From positions 4,702,201 to 4,766,200 of the forward strand of contig NC_092670.1 of the NCBI RefSeq assembly GCF_964355755.1: DNA of 64,000 nucleotides, given 5' to 3'. Numbering within the stretch: position 1 is the first letter of the stretch; each line of letters starts with the position of its first letter. Below, one piece after another: positions 38,248-51,800 of the stretch. Made by a program: the position numbers and the translations under genes. The DNA comes from Antedon mediterranea (lineage: Eukaryota; Animalia; Echinodermata). The notes beneath the pieces were generated by a model that searched no databases, had not been told where the DNA came from, and was given only the letters and a program-made list of their open reading frames with translations.

Positions 38248-40152
38248 CAGGGCTCGCAGAATCGCTTGCCCGACGTCCCGCGGCAACCAAATAAATACGT
38301 CGGGCAACTAAAATTTAACATGTCATGTCCCGACGGGCAACCTCTTAAAATCACCGAAAATGTCCACGATGTTTTACAGGGGTTGTGAAAAACTGTAACA
38401 ATGAAAATAATAGTCGCGCACGAACAAATTCTCTTGACGTCGAGACCAGTGTAGTGTTTGTTAAGTAAATGTATGGATCGGAATTCGGTGGTATGGAACG
38501 TTATCTCCAGGAGCCAAAACATGTGTTTCTATGCAGTCGGGCGTATCAAGTCGTTGCGTATAGAGTTTCCAGGTCTGTCATATAGCACGCGGTCTCTTGC
38601 GGCATCCATTGATCGCGAAATAGGAAGCGTTGAACTATCGGCTTTTAACTTATTTGAAGTTATTATACCAGGGAGTTTCTAATTAACAACTCCCTAGTTA
38701 TACTATAAACCAAATAAAATAGGGGCTAGTATGTTTTTGTTTTTCTCAATTATCGACATCATTTTACGGTGGTAATAAAATCTGAATCTACTACTTAGTA
38801 TTAATTATGTGGCCTACAGCCTGATAGTAGATTAGGCCTATGTTTAATTACATTCATGTTATGTATTTTGTGTGTAATAAATAATTTGCTGAATTACTGT
38901 AATTATTGTTCAAATGTACAGTTGTATTGAAAATACAGTATATTATTAAATTATTATAATAGATACGTAATTTTAATTGTCTGTGCCAAATAGGCGGCGG
39001 CCGATGTTTTTAACACAGGCAAGTAGGCCTACCATTTTTTTTATAAATATTACAGAATATAAATTTAATAGGCCTAATAATTTATTTAATAAATACATTG
39101 AATACTTAAATAGTTACAGTATATTTTTTATTATCAACATTGAAAATAATACACTTCTTCGGGTATCGCCGAGAGTTGAACTTTCAAAAACTCCAACTTG
39201 GCGGAGCACGTGGTTTTCACCACAATTCGGCACAGTTCCCTTGTGTTTTCAATCACCAACTTGTGCGAGCAGATGGTTGTTTTTATCCAACCTGTGCGAG
39301 CTTCTACTGAAACAACAAGTAAACTTCCACAAGCCCGCACTCTCCACACACCGTACCCATGTGCTCCTACTACGTACGGCAGCTGCTGTGAGGTTTTTTG
39401 CTATACGCATGCGAATTGTTTCACGTCACGTAGACGGAAGTCAGTTGATGTTTGTTTTTTTTTTCTTCTCTATGATTTCAACGCGTTACAAGCTCATCAC
39501 CTTCATAAGTACTTTGTTTAAACTTTTTAGGCCTAGGAGGCCTACATTTCTATAGGCAATATTTTAGATATATCTATTAAATAATTGTAAGATAATTAGT
39601 GCCATGTCTAGGCCACTACATTTTAAATATCGCAAAATAGCTTGATTTCGGAATTTCATTGCACAATAGAAGCAAAACGTTTTTGCTCCCAAAGTAAACC
39701 CACGTGAATACGCCTTTTTCATTCACGAAACGGAACACATCTTCGATCGATGACAAACAATGCCGTGCAACGAAGCGTAACCAAAAGAAATAACATAGCG
39801 TTTTCAAGGGATTTCAGGACACCATGTTAATTAAACAATCGCAACTCTTGTACGGAGGATCGTATGAGAAAATAAATTACTGTAAAATGTTCTTAAAAGA
39901 TTGGCCTACATCACTGTGTAATTGAAAAAATTTGAAAAATTGTTTACACTACTTTAAAATCCATCGAAAAAAACACCACAGTGTATTAAGCATAGGCGTT
40001 TTTCACCGACGTTTTTTCGCGGTGCAGTCGCGGTATAAAACGTTAAAATTAAGTTAAAATAGTGGGCAAGTAAAAAAATGATGAGGGCAACCAAAATCTA
40101 AAACCTACTTGCCCGAAGGGCAACCAAATATTTTAGGATTCTGCGAGCCCTG
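38248..40152. mobile_element. same hAT5-like family, copy 2, 5-bp TSD TATAG
   Basis: tatag|CAGGGCTCGCAGAATC...GATTCTGCGAGCCCTG|tatag; nearly identical to copy 1 except the central segment. Confidence 0.88.
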
Positions 40153-40857
40153 TATAGGCCTACAGTAGTTACACAGCACCCTCTATAATTACCGTACCTT
40201 AGTTTTTAGAAGTATGGATATGATATGATACCATCTCTAGACATTACGTAGTCATACGAATAGGATGATATTGATTGATATAGGCTTGCCGCTTGGACTA
40301 GTAGGCTAGACCAAGTACTACTACTAGTACTAGAAAGTATTAGTATAGTAGTAGTACTGTGTAGTAGGGCCAGGCCAACTATCAATTACAAAAACTTCAA
40401 CAAGGAACTTGTCAAGGACATACTACTAGCCTACCTGGCTAGTAGGCCTACATGCAATGCAATTGGCAAGAAGGATGGGTAAAAATGATGATTAAATTAT
40501 TAAAATATTAAATATATAACTTCCTATCCTAGCTAGGCCTTCCTTACCCACAGACAGGCTACAGAACCTAGACTAGTTTGAAATGTTGAATGCTATACGC
40601 TGCCTGGTTTTAGCCTACCTAGGCCTAGTACATACAGTACTAGCTACCAATTACAGTGTAGGCCTATAGCCTAGCTAGCCGGCCTTTCATCAGGTTACAA
40701 CAATCACACGAAGAGTCAAAGAATGCAGGCCTGGTGGCAGGTAGGCCACCAAATACACACAATCTTCCATAATAAAATCAATACAAACAGACATTGAGTA
40801 CTACAAATTACTCTATAATTATTTTAAATATAAAATAGAGCCTATAATTATACTTAC

Positions 40858-40991
40858 TGAGGCTATTGGATAGTAGTAATTCCAAACGACATAATTCAGT
40901 TTCCGTACAACAAACGTCAATATCAATCTAGCCACACAAACCCGGGTGGTGGTGGTGAATTTTTTAGTACACACGATCATCGACGACGAAC
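40858..40991 (-). other. putative non-coding first exon of the PTPN4-like gene
   Basis: The ATG exon has a splice acceptor, so an upstream exon must exist. Strong minus-strand donor TCA|GTAAGTA at 40857, next to a CpG-richer stretch and followed downstream by a TAGGCCTAG tract like those behind the KICS2 and SNRNP40 first exons. 5' boundary uncertain. Confidence 0.45.
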
Positions 40992-42635
40992 CAGCGTTGC
41001 CAGCGATAAAATTTAAATTATGCCGTATCCTGTCTCAAATAATGCCAGATTGGGAAAAATAATGCCAGATCCCCAAAATGTGGCCCTAAACAGCGCCACC
41101 AACGGTTGTATGTCTAATAAACGTTTGTAAAACCCCAACTGACACAAAATAGGGCCTAAATTGTATCCCTATGTCGTTCAAAAATTGTATTTTTAGTTTT
41201 GTGAGTAATAACTAATAATTCTAAAAATATCTGGGGTGCGAAAATGGTAATTGCAAATGACACAAACACCAATCCACGAACCCTTCTCCCCCCCCCCACC
41301 CCCCACAAAAAACCTGTTACAGCCATGGAAATTTAGAATTTTTGAGCTGAAATATGAGAGCTGCTCGATCTTTGCACTTAATTTCAAATATGAAAGGATC
41401 TTAGCCCACCATAATTAGAAAATGGCAATTATAATTTAAAATAGGAAATAAATATATATTAAGTGTCTCCAGGACCTCAGCCCCACCGTGGTTGATAAGA
41501 AAATTTTGAAAAATGCTGATGGCCGGAAATGGCACTTAATTTCAGATATGAAATAAAAATATATTTATTAGTACCTCCAGGATCTTAGCCCACCATAGTT
41601 CGAAAATGGCAATTATAATTTAAAATAGGAAATAAAAATATATATTAAGTGTCTCCAGGACCTCAGCTCCACCATGGCTGGTGCTGAGGTAAGAAAATTT
41701 GGAAAAATAGAGCTGCTCAATGGGCGAAAATGGCACTTAATTTCAAATATGAAATAAAAATATATTTATTAGTACCTCCAGGATCTTAGCCCATCATAGT
41801 TTTGAAAATGGCAATTATAATTTAAAATAGGAAATAAAAATATATATTAAGTGTCTCCATGACCTCAGCCCCACCATGGTTGGGGCTGAGGTAAAAAAAA
41901 TTGGAAAAATAGAGCTGCTCGATGGGCGGAAATGGCACTTAATTTTAAATAAAAATTACCTCGCCCACATGGTCACTACTGGGGCTGAGAGGTGAAGAAC
42001 ATTTGGAAAAATAGGGTTGCTACGACGATGCAAATGGAACATAATTTGAAATATGGAAAACAAATTCTCCTAGAAGAAATTCTTTTTAAAATTAGAGCTT
42101 ATAGTTACTGGAAATTGCCATTTCAAGGGTTGGGGTAGGGGTGCGGCCACTTATAATTATGAACTGAAACAACAAAACCCCTTTCATAATGTTTTCGTTA
42201 AATTGTCTCTATATCTGGGGATCCAATAACCTGCATGGTCTCTGAAATAGAGCAACATAATTGGCCAATAGCTAGCCTCTTCGGATTTGTTGTGCTGCCT
42301 ATATCGCACACACGGTAGTTTTCGAGCAGCCTTCCTATCCGAAGAGTCTATTTAAGTCCGAAACAAAAGGATGGAAGAACTATTGTACGGAAAACCCGAA
42401 CAGATCTGTTTTGTACGATATGATATTGTGTAAGGTGATATGTATTAAATTGCAAAGATTAAATAAAATATTTTATTTTTGTTCTGTGGTATATTTTTTT
42501 TTTGGTTGTTCAAAAAACACAAAATTATGCCAGATTATGCTAAAAACGGCTAAATAATGCCGCGGCATTATGCCAGATGCCGTGGGCCTCTAAATAATGC
42601 CAAAAAGCATAATAATGCCAGAAATGGCAACTATG
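40992..42635. mobile_element. non-autonomous hAT- or P-type element, 8-bp TSD CGACGAAC
   Basis: cgacgaac|CAGCGTTGCCA...TGGCAACTATG|cgacgaac; subterminal (A/T)ATGCCAGA repeats at both ends; internal ~185-bp tandem x3 (~41390-41950). Confidence 0.8.
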
Positions 42636-43039
42636 CGACGAACACGACGATCGACACCGCCACAAAACTCTAGCTGTTCGACCTCCTACTACCACATTTC
42701 TTTTCAAAGAGGGCGCTGTTTACTCCCACTTTTTGTATTATATGTATAGTATGTAGTTGTTTTTTGATAACAGAGAGCTATCACTTATGCCATCCTCGTA
42801 TATAATTAATTTCGTACGGAAAATACATTTAATTGATAATATCATTAGGTAGAGTATCCTTCTTACAATTAATTATCAGTAATATATATAACTTTTTAAA
42901 TGTTAGGGATATATTTTAAAATAACTATAAATAGATATATAATTACACAAACTCAAGATGTTCTTTTCTGCCTGAAACCTAGGCCCTAGGCCTCCTCCTC
43001 CTCTGTGCTCTCACTTCGTTCGTTTTGCTACCTGATCCG

Positions 43040-43815
43040 TGCAGGCCTAGGCCTAGGCTAGACTGGATATTATGATTGCAAGCCAAAAAGGTAGATTTAG
43101 AAGCATATTTTATTGATTACCCATCATCAGTGTCACCCTTAACAGATAGTTAAGCTATATTTGTAGGTCATAGCTTATTTCAGACAATATTTTAGCCTCC
43201 AAAAAGGGCAGATTAGGCCTAGCCTAGGGCCTAGCCTATTATAGCCTATAGGCCTAGCTAGAAAGAGGCTAGGCATAGGCTAGCTAGCTAGCTAGGGCCT
43301 AGGCCTAGTTAGGCTAGCATCTCGCTACTCTAGCTAGTAGTTTAGGCCTAGAGGTAGGCCTAGTACTACTAGGCCTATAGCCTAGCTAGGCCTACTAGTA
43401 CTAGGGCTAGCCTAGTCTTGCTAGGCCTAGGCCTAGAAAGAAGTAGTAGGCTACTACTACTAGCTAGGCTAGGCTACTAGGCCCACCTGGTTAGGCCCTA
43501 CTAGGGAACTGGTAGGCTAGCTAGCTAGGCCTACTTACTAGCTAATAAGTAAGTCTAGGCCTAGGCTGCCTAACTAGCTAGCTCTATGTATGTATTTTAG
43601 TTAGGGCCTAGACTAGTTTATTAGGCCTTAGTTTAGGCTGATTAGGCCTGCCTAGTCCTAGTTAAATAAATAGGCATATAACCAGGCTCAGTCTAAACAC
43701 TCTAGGCCTATCTATATGAGACCTGTGCTATTAATTATAGGACTAGAACTAGGGCCTTGCTAGCTAGCCAGCAGAATGGTCTAGAGAGGCATAGGCCTAG
43801 CTAGGGATAGGCTGG
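43040..43815. repeat. low-complexity TAGGCCTAG/GCTAGC/TAGTAG tract
   Basis: Near-continuous aperiodic run of CTAG/AGGCCT words; similar tracts at ~40290-40690, 60833-60855, 61788-61888 and 62425-62560. Confidence 0.85.
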
Positions 43816-44234
43816 GGGGTCATAGACAGCCTATCTATATAAAATATTAGATAGGTAGGAGTATTAAGATTCATCAGTGTGTAAGTTGATTTCATTGCTA
43901 ATGCCAAGGTATTATTTAGGCCTGTTTATTTTCAGGTTGAAAGCAATGGATAAAGAGAGATTCAATTCTACAACAAAAGAGACAAAAGTCAAACTCAAAC
44001 TGATAATTAACAATGTTTCCAGTTAATTAATGTTAATTATTTTAATAGATTGTAGTGACCCTAACTACCTTACTGTTTGTGTATGGCTGTAATATTATAT
44101 TAAATGTCATCACAATTAGTAAGGTTGTGAGGCTTCACAATTTCAAACAACTCTTGTTCTTGTGTCTCTTCTTCATGTGGATGGATTAAAAAATACTGTG
44201 AGTATTGTACACTCTTTATATGAATATTTCATCA

Positions 44235-45870
44235 ATCACAATATCAAATATGATCAGTGTAGTCAAAATTTGATAACTTAGCATGAATCTTTTAATATCT
44301 ACATCGTCAATAATTAATATTAATATAAATCTACATCACAATGTTGGATATGATCTTTGTAGTCAAAATTTGATAACTGAGCACGCATCTTTTAATAACT
44401 ACCTTATCAATAACTATTAATAATGTCCTATATCACAATGTAGGATATGATCAGTGTTAGTCATAATTTGATAACTGAGCACGCATCTTTTAATATCTAC
44501 CTCATCAATAATTAATATTAATAATTTATATCACATTGTTCGATATGATCAGTGTAGTCATAATTTGATAACTGAGCACGCATCTTTTAATATCTACCTC
44601 ATCATTAATTATTATTAATATTCTATATCACATTGTTCGATATGATCAGTGTAGTCATAATTTGATAACTGAGCATGCATCTTTTAATATCTACCTCATC
44701 AATAATTAATATTAATAATCTATATCGCATTGTTCAATATGATCAGTGTAGTCATAATATGATAACTGAGCATGCATCTTTTAATATCTACCTTATCAAT
44801 GACTATTAATAATATCCTATATCACAATGTTGGATATGATTAGTGTAGTCATAATTTGATAACTGAGCACGCATCTTTCAATATCTATTTTATCAATAAT
44901 TATTATTAATAATTTATATCACATTGCTGGATATGATCAGTGTAGTCATAATTTGATAACTGAGCATACATCTTTAAAAATCTACCTCATTAATAATTAA
45001 TATTAATAATCTATATCACACTGTTGGATATGATCTGTTTAGTTTTTTAATATCTACCTTATCAATAACAATTAATAATATCCTATATCACAATGTTGGA
45101 TATGATCAGTGTAGTCATAGTTTGATAACTGTGAGCATACATATTTTAATATCTACCTCATCAATAATTATTATTAATAATCTATATCACAATGTTGGAT
45201 ATGATTAGTGTAGTCATAATTTGATAACTGAGCATGCATCTTTCAATATCTATTTCATCAATAATTATTATTAATAATTTATATCACATTGTTGGATATG
45301 ATCAGTGTAGTCATAATTTGATAACTGAGCAAAAATCTTTTAATATCTACCTCATCAATAATTAATATTAATAATCTATATCACATTGTTCGATATGATC
45401 AGTGTAGTCATAATTTGATAACTGAGCACGCATCTTTTAATATCTACCTCATCAATAATTAATATTAATAATCTATATCGCATTGTTCAATATGATCAGT
45501 GTAGTCATAAATTGATAACTGAGCAAAAATCTTTTAATATCTGCATCATCAATTAATATTAATAATCTATATCGCATTGTTGGATATGATCAGTGTAGTC
45601 ATAAATTGATAACTGAGCAAAAATCTTTTAATATCTGCATCATCAATTAATATTAATAATCTATATCAAACTGTTGGATATGATCTGTTTAGTTTTTTAA
45701 TATCTACCTTTTCCAAAATAATATTCTATATCACAATGTTGGATATGATCAGTGTAATCATAGTTTGAACTACCTCAACAATAATTAATATTAATTGTCT
45801 ATATACCAATATCAAATATCAGTGTAGGCCTAGTCATTTGATAACTGAGCATGCATCATTTTATATCTGC
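44235..45870 (+). repeat. 97-bp satellite A, ~17 copies
   Basis: Consensus TATGATCAGTGTAGTCATAATTTGATAACTGAGCACGCATCTTTTAATATCTACCTCATCAATAATT...TATCACATTGTTGGA; period 97 (44543 to 44640). Confidence 0.93.
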
Positions 45871-45889
45871 TTCAAATATTAATATTGTC

Positions 45890-48170
45890 CTAATATAATA
45901 AGTGGTTTGAAGGATTTTTGCAGATGGCCTTTTTTGCATTGTAAAGTTTACACTTTAAAATCTGTCAATTTATCCAAAAAGGTCAAACTTTGACCTATTT
46001 CAATAAAATCATTTCATAAGTTGTCTTCTTTTATAATCAATATTAAGTGGTTTTTTACCCCAAAAAAGTCAAACCTAGAGCTATTTTAATAAAATGATTT
46101 CATAAATTGTCTTCTTTTATAGTTCTAGTAGTGATATAATCAATATTAAGTGGTTTGGATGATGTTTGTGGGGTGTTTTTTTAAAGTTTGCACAGTTTAC
46201 ATGGTAAAATGTGTCAATTTATTCCTAGAGCTATTTCAATAAAATTATTTCATAATCACCCCAAAAATGTCAAACCTAGAACTATTTTAATAAAATGATT
46301 TCATAAATTGTCTTCTTTTATAGTTCTAGTAGTGGTATAATCAGTATTCAATTGTTTGAATGATGTTTGTGGGGTATTTTTTAAAGTTTGCATTAAGTTT
46401 ACGCAGTTTACATGGTAAAATCTATCAATTATCCAAAATTGACATTTTTCACCCTAAAAAATCAAACCTAGAGCTATTTCAATAAAATGATTTCATAAAT
46501 TGTCCTCTTTTATAGTTCTAATAATGATATAATCAATATTAAGTGGTTTGAATGATGTTTGTGGGTGTTTTTTTAAAGTTTGCATTAAGTTTACGCAGTT
46601 GAAATGGTGAAATCTGTAAATTTATCCAAAATTGACATTTTTCACCCTAAAAAATCAAACTTAGAGCTATTTCTATTAAATTATTTCATAAATTGTCCTC
46701 TTTTATAGTTCTTGTAGTGCTATAATCAGTATTAAGTGGTTTGAATAATGTTTTTGGGGTGTTTTTTTTAAGTTTGCATTAAGTTTACGCAGTTTACGTG
46801 GTAAAATCTGTAAATTTATCCAAAATTGACATTTTTTACCCAAAAAATTCAAACCTAGAGCTATTTCAATAAAATTATTTCATAAATTGTCCTCTTTTAT
46901 AGTTCTTGTAGTGGTATAATCAATATTAAGTGGTTTAGATGATGTTTGTGGGTGTTTTTTTTAAAGTTTGCACAGTTCACATGGTAAAATCTGTCAATTT
47001 ATCCAAAATTGACGTTTTCACTCAAAAAAAGTCAAACCTAGAGCTATTTCAATAACATTATTTCATAAATTGTCTTCTTTTATAGTTCTAGTAGTGCTAT
47101 AATCAGTATTCAATTGTTTGAATGATGTTTGTAGGGTATTCTTTAAAGTTTGCATTAAGTTTACGCAGTTTAAATGGTAAAATCTGTCAATTTATCCAAA
47201 AATTGATATTTTTCACCCTAAAAAATCAAACCTAGAGCTATTTCAATAAAATGATTTCATAAATTGTCCTCTTTTATAGTTCTAATAATGATATAATCAA
47301 TATTAAGTGGTTTGAATGATGTTTGTGGGTGTTTTTTTAAAGTTTGCATTAAGTTTACGCAGTTGAAATGGTGAAATCTGTAAATTTATCCAAAATTGAC
47401 ATTTTTCACCCTAAAAAATCAAACTTAGAGCTATTTCTATTAAATTATTTCATAAATTGTCCTCTTTTATAGTTCTTGTAGTGCTATAATCAGTATTAAG
47501 TGGTTTGAATAATGTTTGTGGGGTGTTTTTTTAAAGTTTGCATTAAGTTTACGCAGTTTACGTGGTAAAATCTGTAAATTTATCCAAAATTGACATTTTT
47601 TACCCAAAAAATTCAAACCTAGAGCTATTTCAATAAAATTATTTCATAAATTGTCCTCTTTTATAGTTCTTGTAGTGGTATAATCAATATTAAGTGGTTT
47701 AGATGATGTTTGTGGGTGTTTTTTTTAAAGTTTGCACAGTTCACATGGTAAAATCTGTCAATTTATCCAAAATTGACGTTTTCACTCCAAAAAAGTCAAA
47801 CCTAGAGCTATTTCAATAACATTATTTCATAAATTGTCTTCTTTTATAGTTCTAGTAGTGCTATAATCAGTATTCAATTGTTTGAATGATGTTTGTAGGG
47901 TATTTTTTAAAGTTTGCATTAAGTTTACGCAGTTTAAATGGTAAAATCTGTCAATTTATCCAAAAATTGATATTTTTCACCCTAAAAAATCAAACCTAGA
48001 GCTATTTCAATGAAATGATTTCATAAATTGTCCTCTTTTATAGTTCTTGTAGTGGTATAATCAATATTAAGTTGTTTGGATGATGTTTGTGGGTGTTTTT
48101 TTAAAGTTTGCATTACGTTTACGCAGTTTAAATGGTAAAATCTGTAAATTTATCCAAAATTGACATTTTA
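45890..48170. repeat. ~190-bp satellite B, ~12 copies, 4-mer higher-order repeat of ~764 bp
   Basis: AAAC(C/T)TAGAGCTATTTC recurs at 46464, 46657, 46851, 47034, 47228...; the variant pattern repeats every 4 monomers. Confidence 0.92.
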
Positions 48171-48244
48171 AAACACGAACTAGGTTGTAAAAAGTAAAGG
48201 AAGTCATTATATTTTATTATTGTTTGGTCTACCCATAGTTATAG

Positions 48245-48274
48245 CAGGGAAGAGTTAAATTTAACTCTTCCCTG
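48245..48274. other. perfect 30-bp palindrome flanked by a 7-bp direct repeat (P-element-like mini element or footprint)
   Basis: gttatag|CAGGGAAGAGTTAAA-TTTAACTCTTCCCTG|gttatag. Confidence 0.7.
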
Positions 48275-48894
48275 GTTATAGGTAATAAAGGATGCCTATC
48301 ATAGTCAAATGGCAATAACTGATTAGCCGAGACCAATGACATTTAAAACAACTCCTACTTAAAATTCCCTACTTATACAGTACAGCAGCTTTTTGATTGG
48401 CTGCAAGTTTAGTTTTCTGTTCGTTCATCAGAAATGGTATAAATAATTATTAATCAATAAGATTACTGGATTTCTTTAGTATTTCTGACACATTTCCAAT
48501 CTTAATTGAATTATTAATGTAATGGAAATTGGTCATAGGCCTATTATAGCAACATATCATTTCTGGAAGAGTATTACGGTCTGTATAGATCGATGTTAAA
48601 ACACACGTCCTCATTTATCAAATAATTCATTCACTGCACATTTATTCTGTTAAGAAGAACTGGGACCCTCAATAGAAGCCAAAGCATGTCTCATGATGGC
48701 CTCTACAATACATATCAAACATAAAAAGATATGGAATATTTTTATTTTTACAACGGCACACGTTCATCATAAACGATGCGTTCTTAAAAGTATAAATTTA
48801 AACAGCAAACGGATACAAATCAATAGGGTGATTAGGAACAAAAGAATAACACATTTTCAAAACCCATCGACTCGATCTCTTGTATACAGTAAAT

Positions 48895-51800
48895 CTAACA
48901 AAATCACACTGATCATATCCAACATTAAGTATTAATAATTATTATTGATTAGGTAGATAATAAAAGATGCGTTATATCAATTTATGAATACACAGATCAT
49001 ATCCAACAATGTGATATAGATTATTAATAATAATTTTTGATGAGGTAGATATTTAAAGATGCGTGCTCAGTTATCAAATTATGACTACACTGATCATATC
49101 CAACAATGTGATATAAGACATTAATAATAATTATTGATGAAATAGATATTTAAAGATGCGTGCTCAGTTATCAAATGACGACTACACTGATCATATCCAA
49201 CAATGTGATATATGATATTAATATGAATTATTGATGCGGTAGATATTGAAAGATGCGTGCTCAGTTATCAAATTCTGACTACACTGATCATATCCAACAA
49301 TGTGATATATGATATTAATATAAATTATTAATAAGGTAGATATTGAAAGATACGTGATCAGTTAGCAAATTCTGACTACACTGATCATATCCAACACTGT
49401 GATATAGATTATTAATATTAATTAATGATGTGGTAGATATTAAAAGATGCGTGTTCAGTTATCAAATTCTGACTACACAGATCATATCCAACAATGTGAT
49501 ATATGATATTAATATAAATTATTATTGAGGTAGATATTAAAAAATACGTGCTCAGTTATCAAATTCTGACTACACTGATCATATCCAACAATGTGATATA
49601 TGATATTAATATTAATTAATGATGAGGTAGATATTGAAAGATACGTGATCAGTTATCAAATGACGACTACACTGATCATATCCAACAATGTGATATATGA
49701 TATTAATATAAATTATTGATGACGTAGATATTAAAACATGCGTGCTCAGTTATCAAATTCTGACTACACTGATCATATCCAACAATGTGATATATGATAT
49801 TAATATAAATTATTATTGAGGTAGATATTAAAAGATATGTGCTCAGTTATCAAATTCTGACTACACTGATCATATCCAACAATGTGATATATGATATTAA
49901 TATAAATTATTAATGAGGTAGATATTTAAAGATGCGTGCTCAGTTATCAAATTACGACTACACTGATCATATCCAACAATGTGTATGTAGATTATTAATT
50001 GATGCGGTAGATATTTAAAGATGCGTGCTCAGTTATCAAATTATGACTACACTGATCATATCCAACAATGTGATATATGATATTAATATAAATTATTATT
50101 GAGGTAGATATTGAAAGATGCGTGCTCAGTTATCAAATTATGACTGCACTCATCATATTCAACAATGTGATATAGGATATTAATAATAATTCGTAATGAG
50201 GTAGATATTGAAAGATACGTCCTCAGTTATCAAATTATGACTACACTGATCATATTCAACAATGTGATATATGATATTAATATAAATTATAAATGAGGTA
50301 GATATTTAAAGATGCGTGCTCAGTTATCAAATTACGACTACACTGATCATATCCAACAATATGTATGTAGATTATTAATTGATGCGGTAGATATTTAAAG
50401 ATGCGTGCTCAGTTATCAAATTATGACTACACTGATCATATCCAACAATGTGATATATGATATTAATATAAATTATTATTGAGGTAGATATTGAAAGATG
50501 CGTGCTCAGTTATCAAATTCTGACTACACTGATCATATCCAACAATGTGATATGATATTAATATAAATTATTAATGAGGTAGATATTGAAAGATGCGTGC
50601 TCAGTTATCAAATTCTGACTACACTGATCATATCCAACGATGTGATATATGATATTAATATAAATTATTATTGAGGTAGATATTAAAAGATATGTGCTCA
50701 GTTATCAAATTCTGACTACACTGATCATATCCAACAATGTGATATATGATATTAATATAAATTATTAATGAGGTAGATATTTAAAGATGCGTGCTCAGTT
50801 ATCAAATTACGACTACACTGATCATATCCAACAATGTGTATGTAGATTATTAATTGATGCGGTAGATATTTAAAGATGCGTGCTCAGTTATCAAATTATG
50901 ACTACACTGATCATATCCAACAATGTGATATATGATATTAATATAAATTATTATTGAGGTAGATATTGAAAGATGCGTGCTCAGTTATCAAATTATGACT
51001 GCACTCATCATATTCAACAATGTGATATAGGATATTAATAATAATTCGTAATGAGGTAGATATTGAAAGATACGTCCTCAGTTATCAAATTATGACTACA
51101 CTGATCATATTCAACAATGTGATATATGATATTAATATAAATTATAAATGAGGTAGATATTTAAAGATGCGTGCTCAGTTATCAAATTACGACTACACTG
51201 ATCATATCCAACAATATGTATGTAGATTATTAATTGATGCGGTAGATATTTAAAGATGCGTGCTCAGTTATCAAATTATGACTACACTGATCATATCCAA
51301 CAATGTGATATATGATATTAATATAAATTATTATTGAGGTAGATATTGAAAGATGCGTGCTCAGTTATCAAATTCTGACTACACTGACCATATCCAACAA
51401 TGTGATATATGATATTAATATAAATTATTAATTAGGTAGATATTGACAGATACGTGATCAGTTATCAAATGACGACTACACTGATCATATCCAACAATGT
51501 GATATATGATATTAATATGAATTATTGATGCGGTAGATATTGAAAGATGCGTGCTCAGTTATCAAATTCTGACTACACTGATCATATCCAACAATGTGAT
51601 ATATGATATTAATATAAATTATTATTGAGGTAGATATTAAAAAATACGTGCTCAGTTATCAAATTCTGACTACACTGATCATATCCAACAATGTGATATA
51701 TAAGATTAATATTAATTAATGATGTGGTAGATATTGAAAGATACGTGATCAGTTATCAAATGACGACTACACTGATCATATCCAACAATGTGATATATGA

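Noticed and set aside
29143-39555. ~195-aa ORFs at 29143 and 38977 inside the hAT5-like copies
   Set aside because: No transposase or other recognisable motifs, the ends differ between copies, and the starts are non-ATG.
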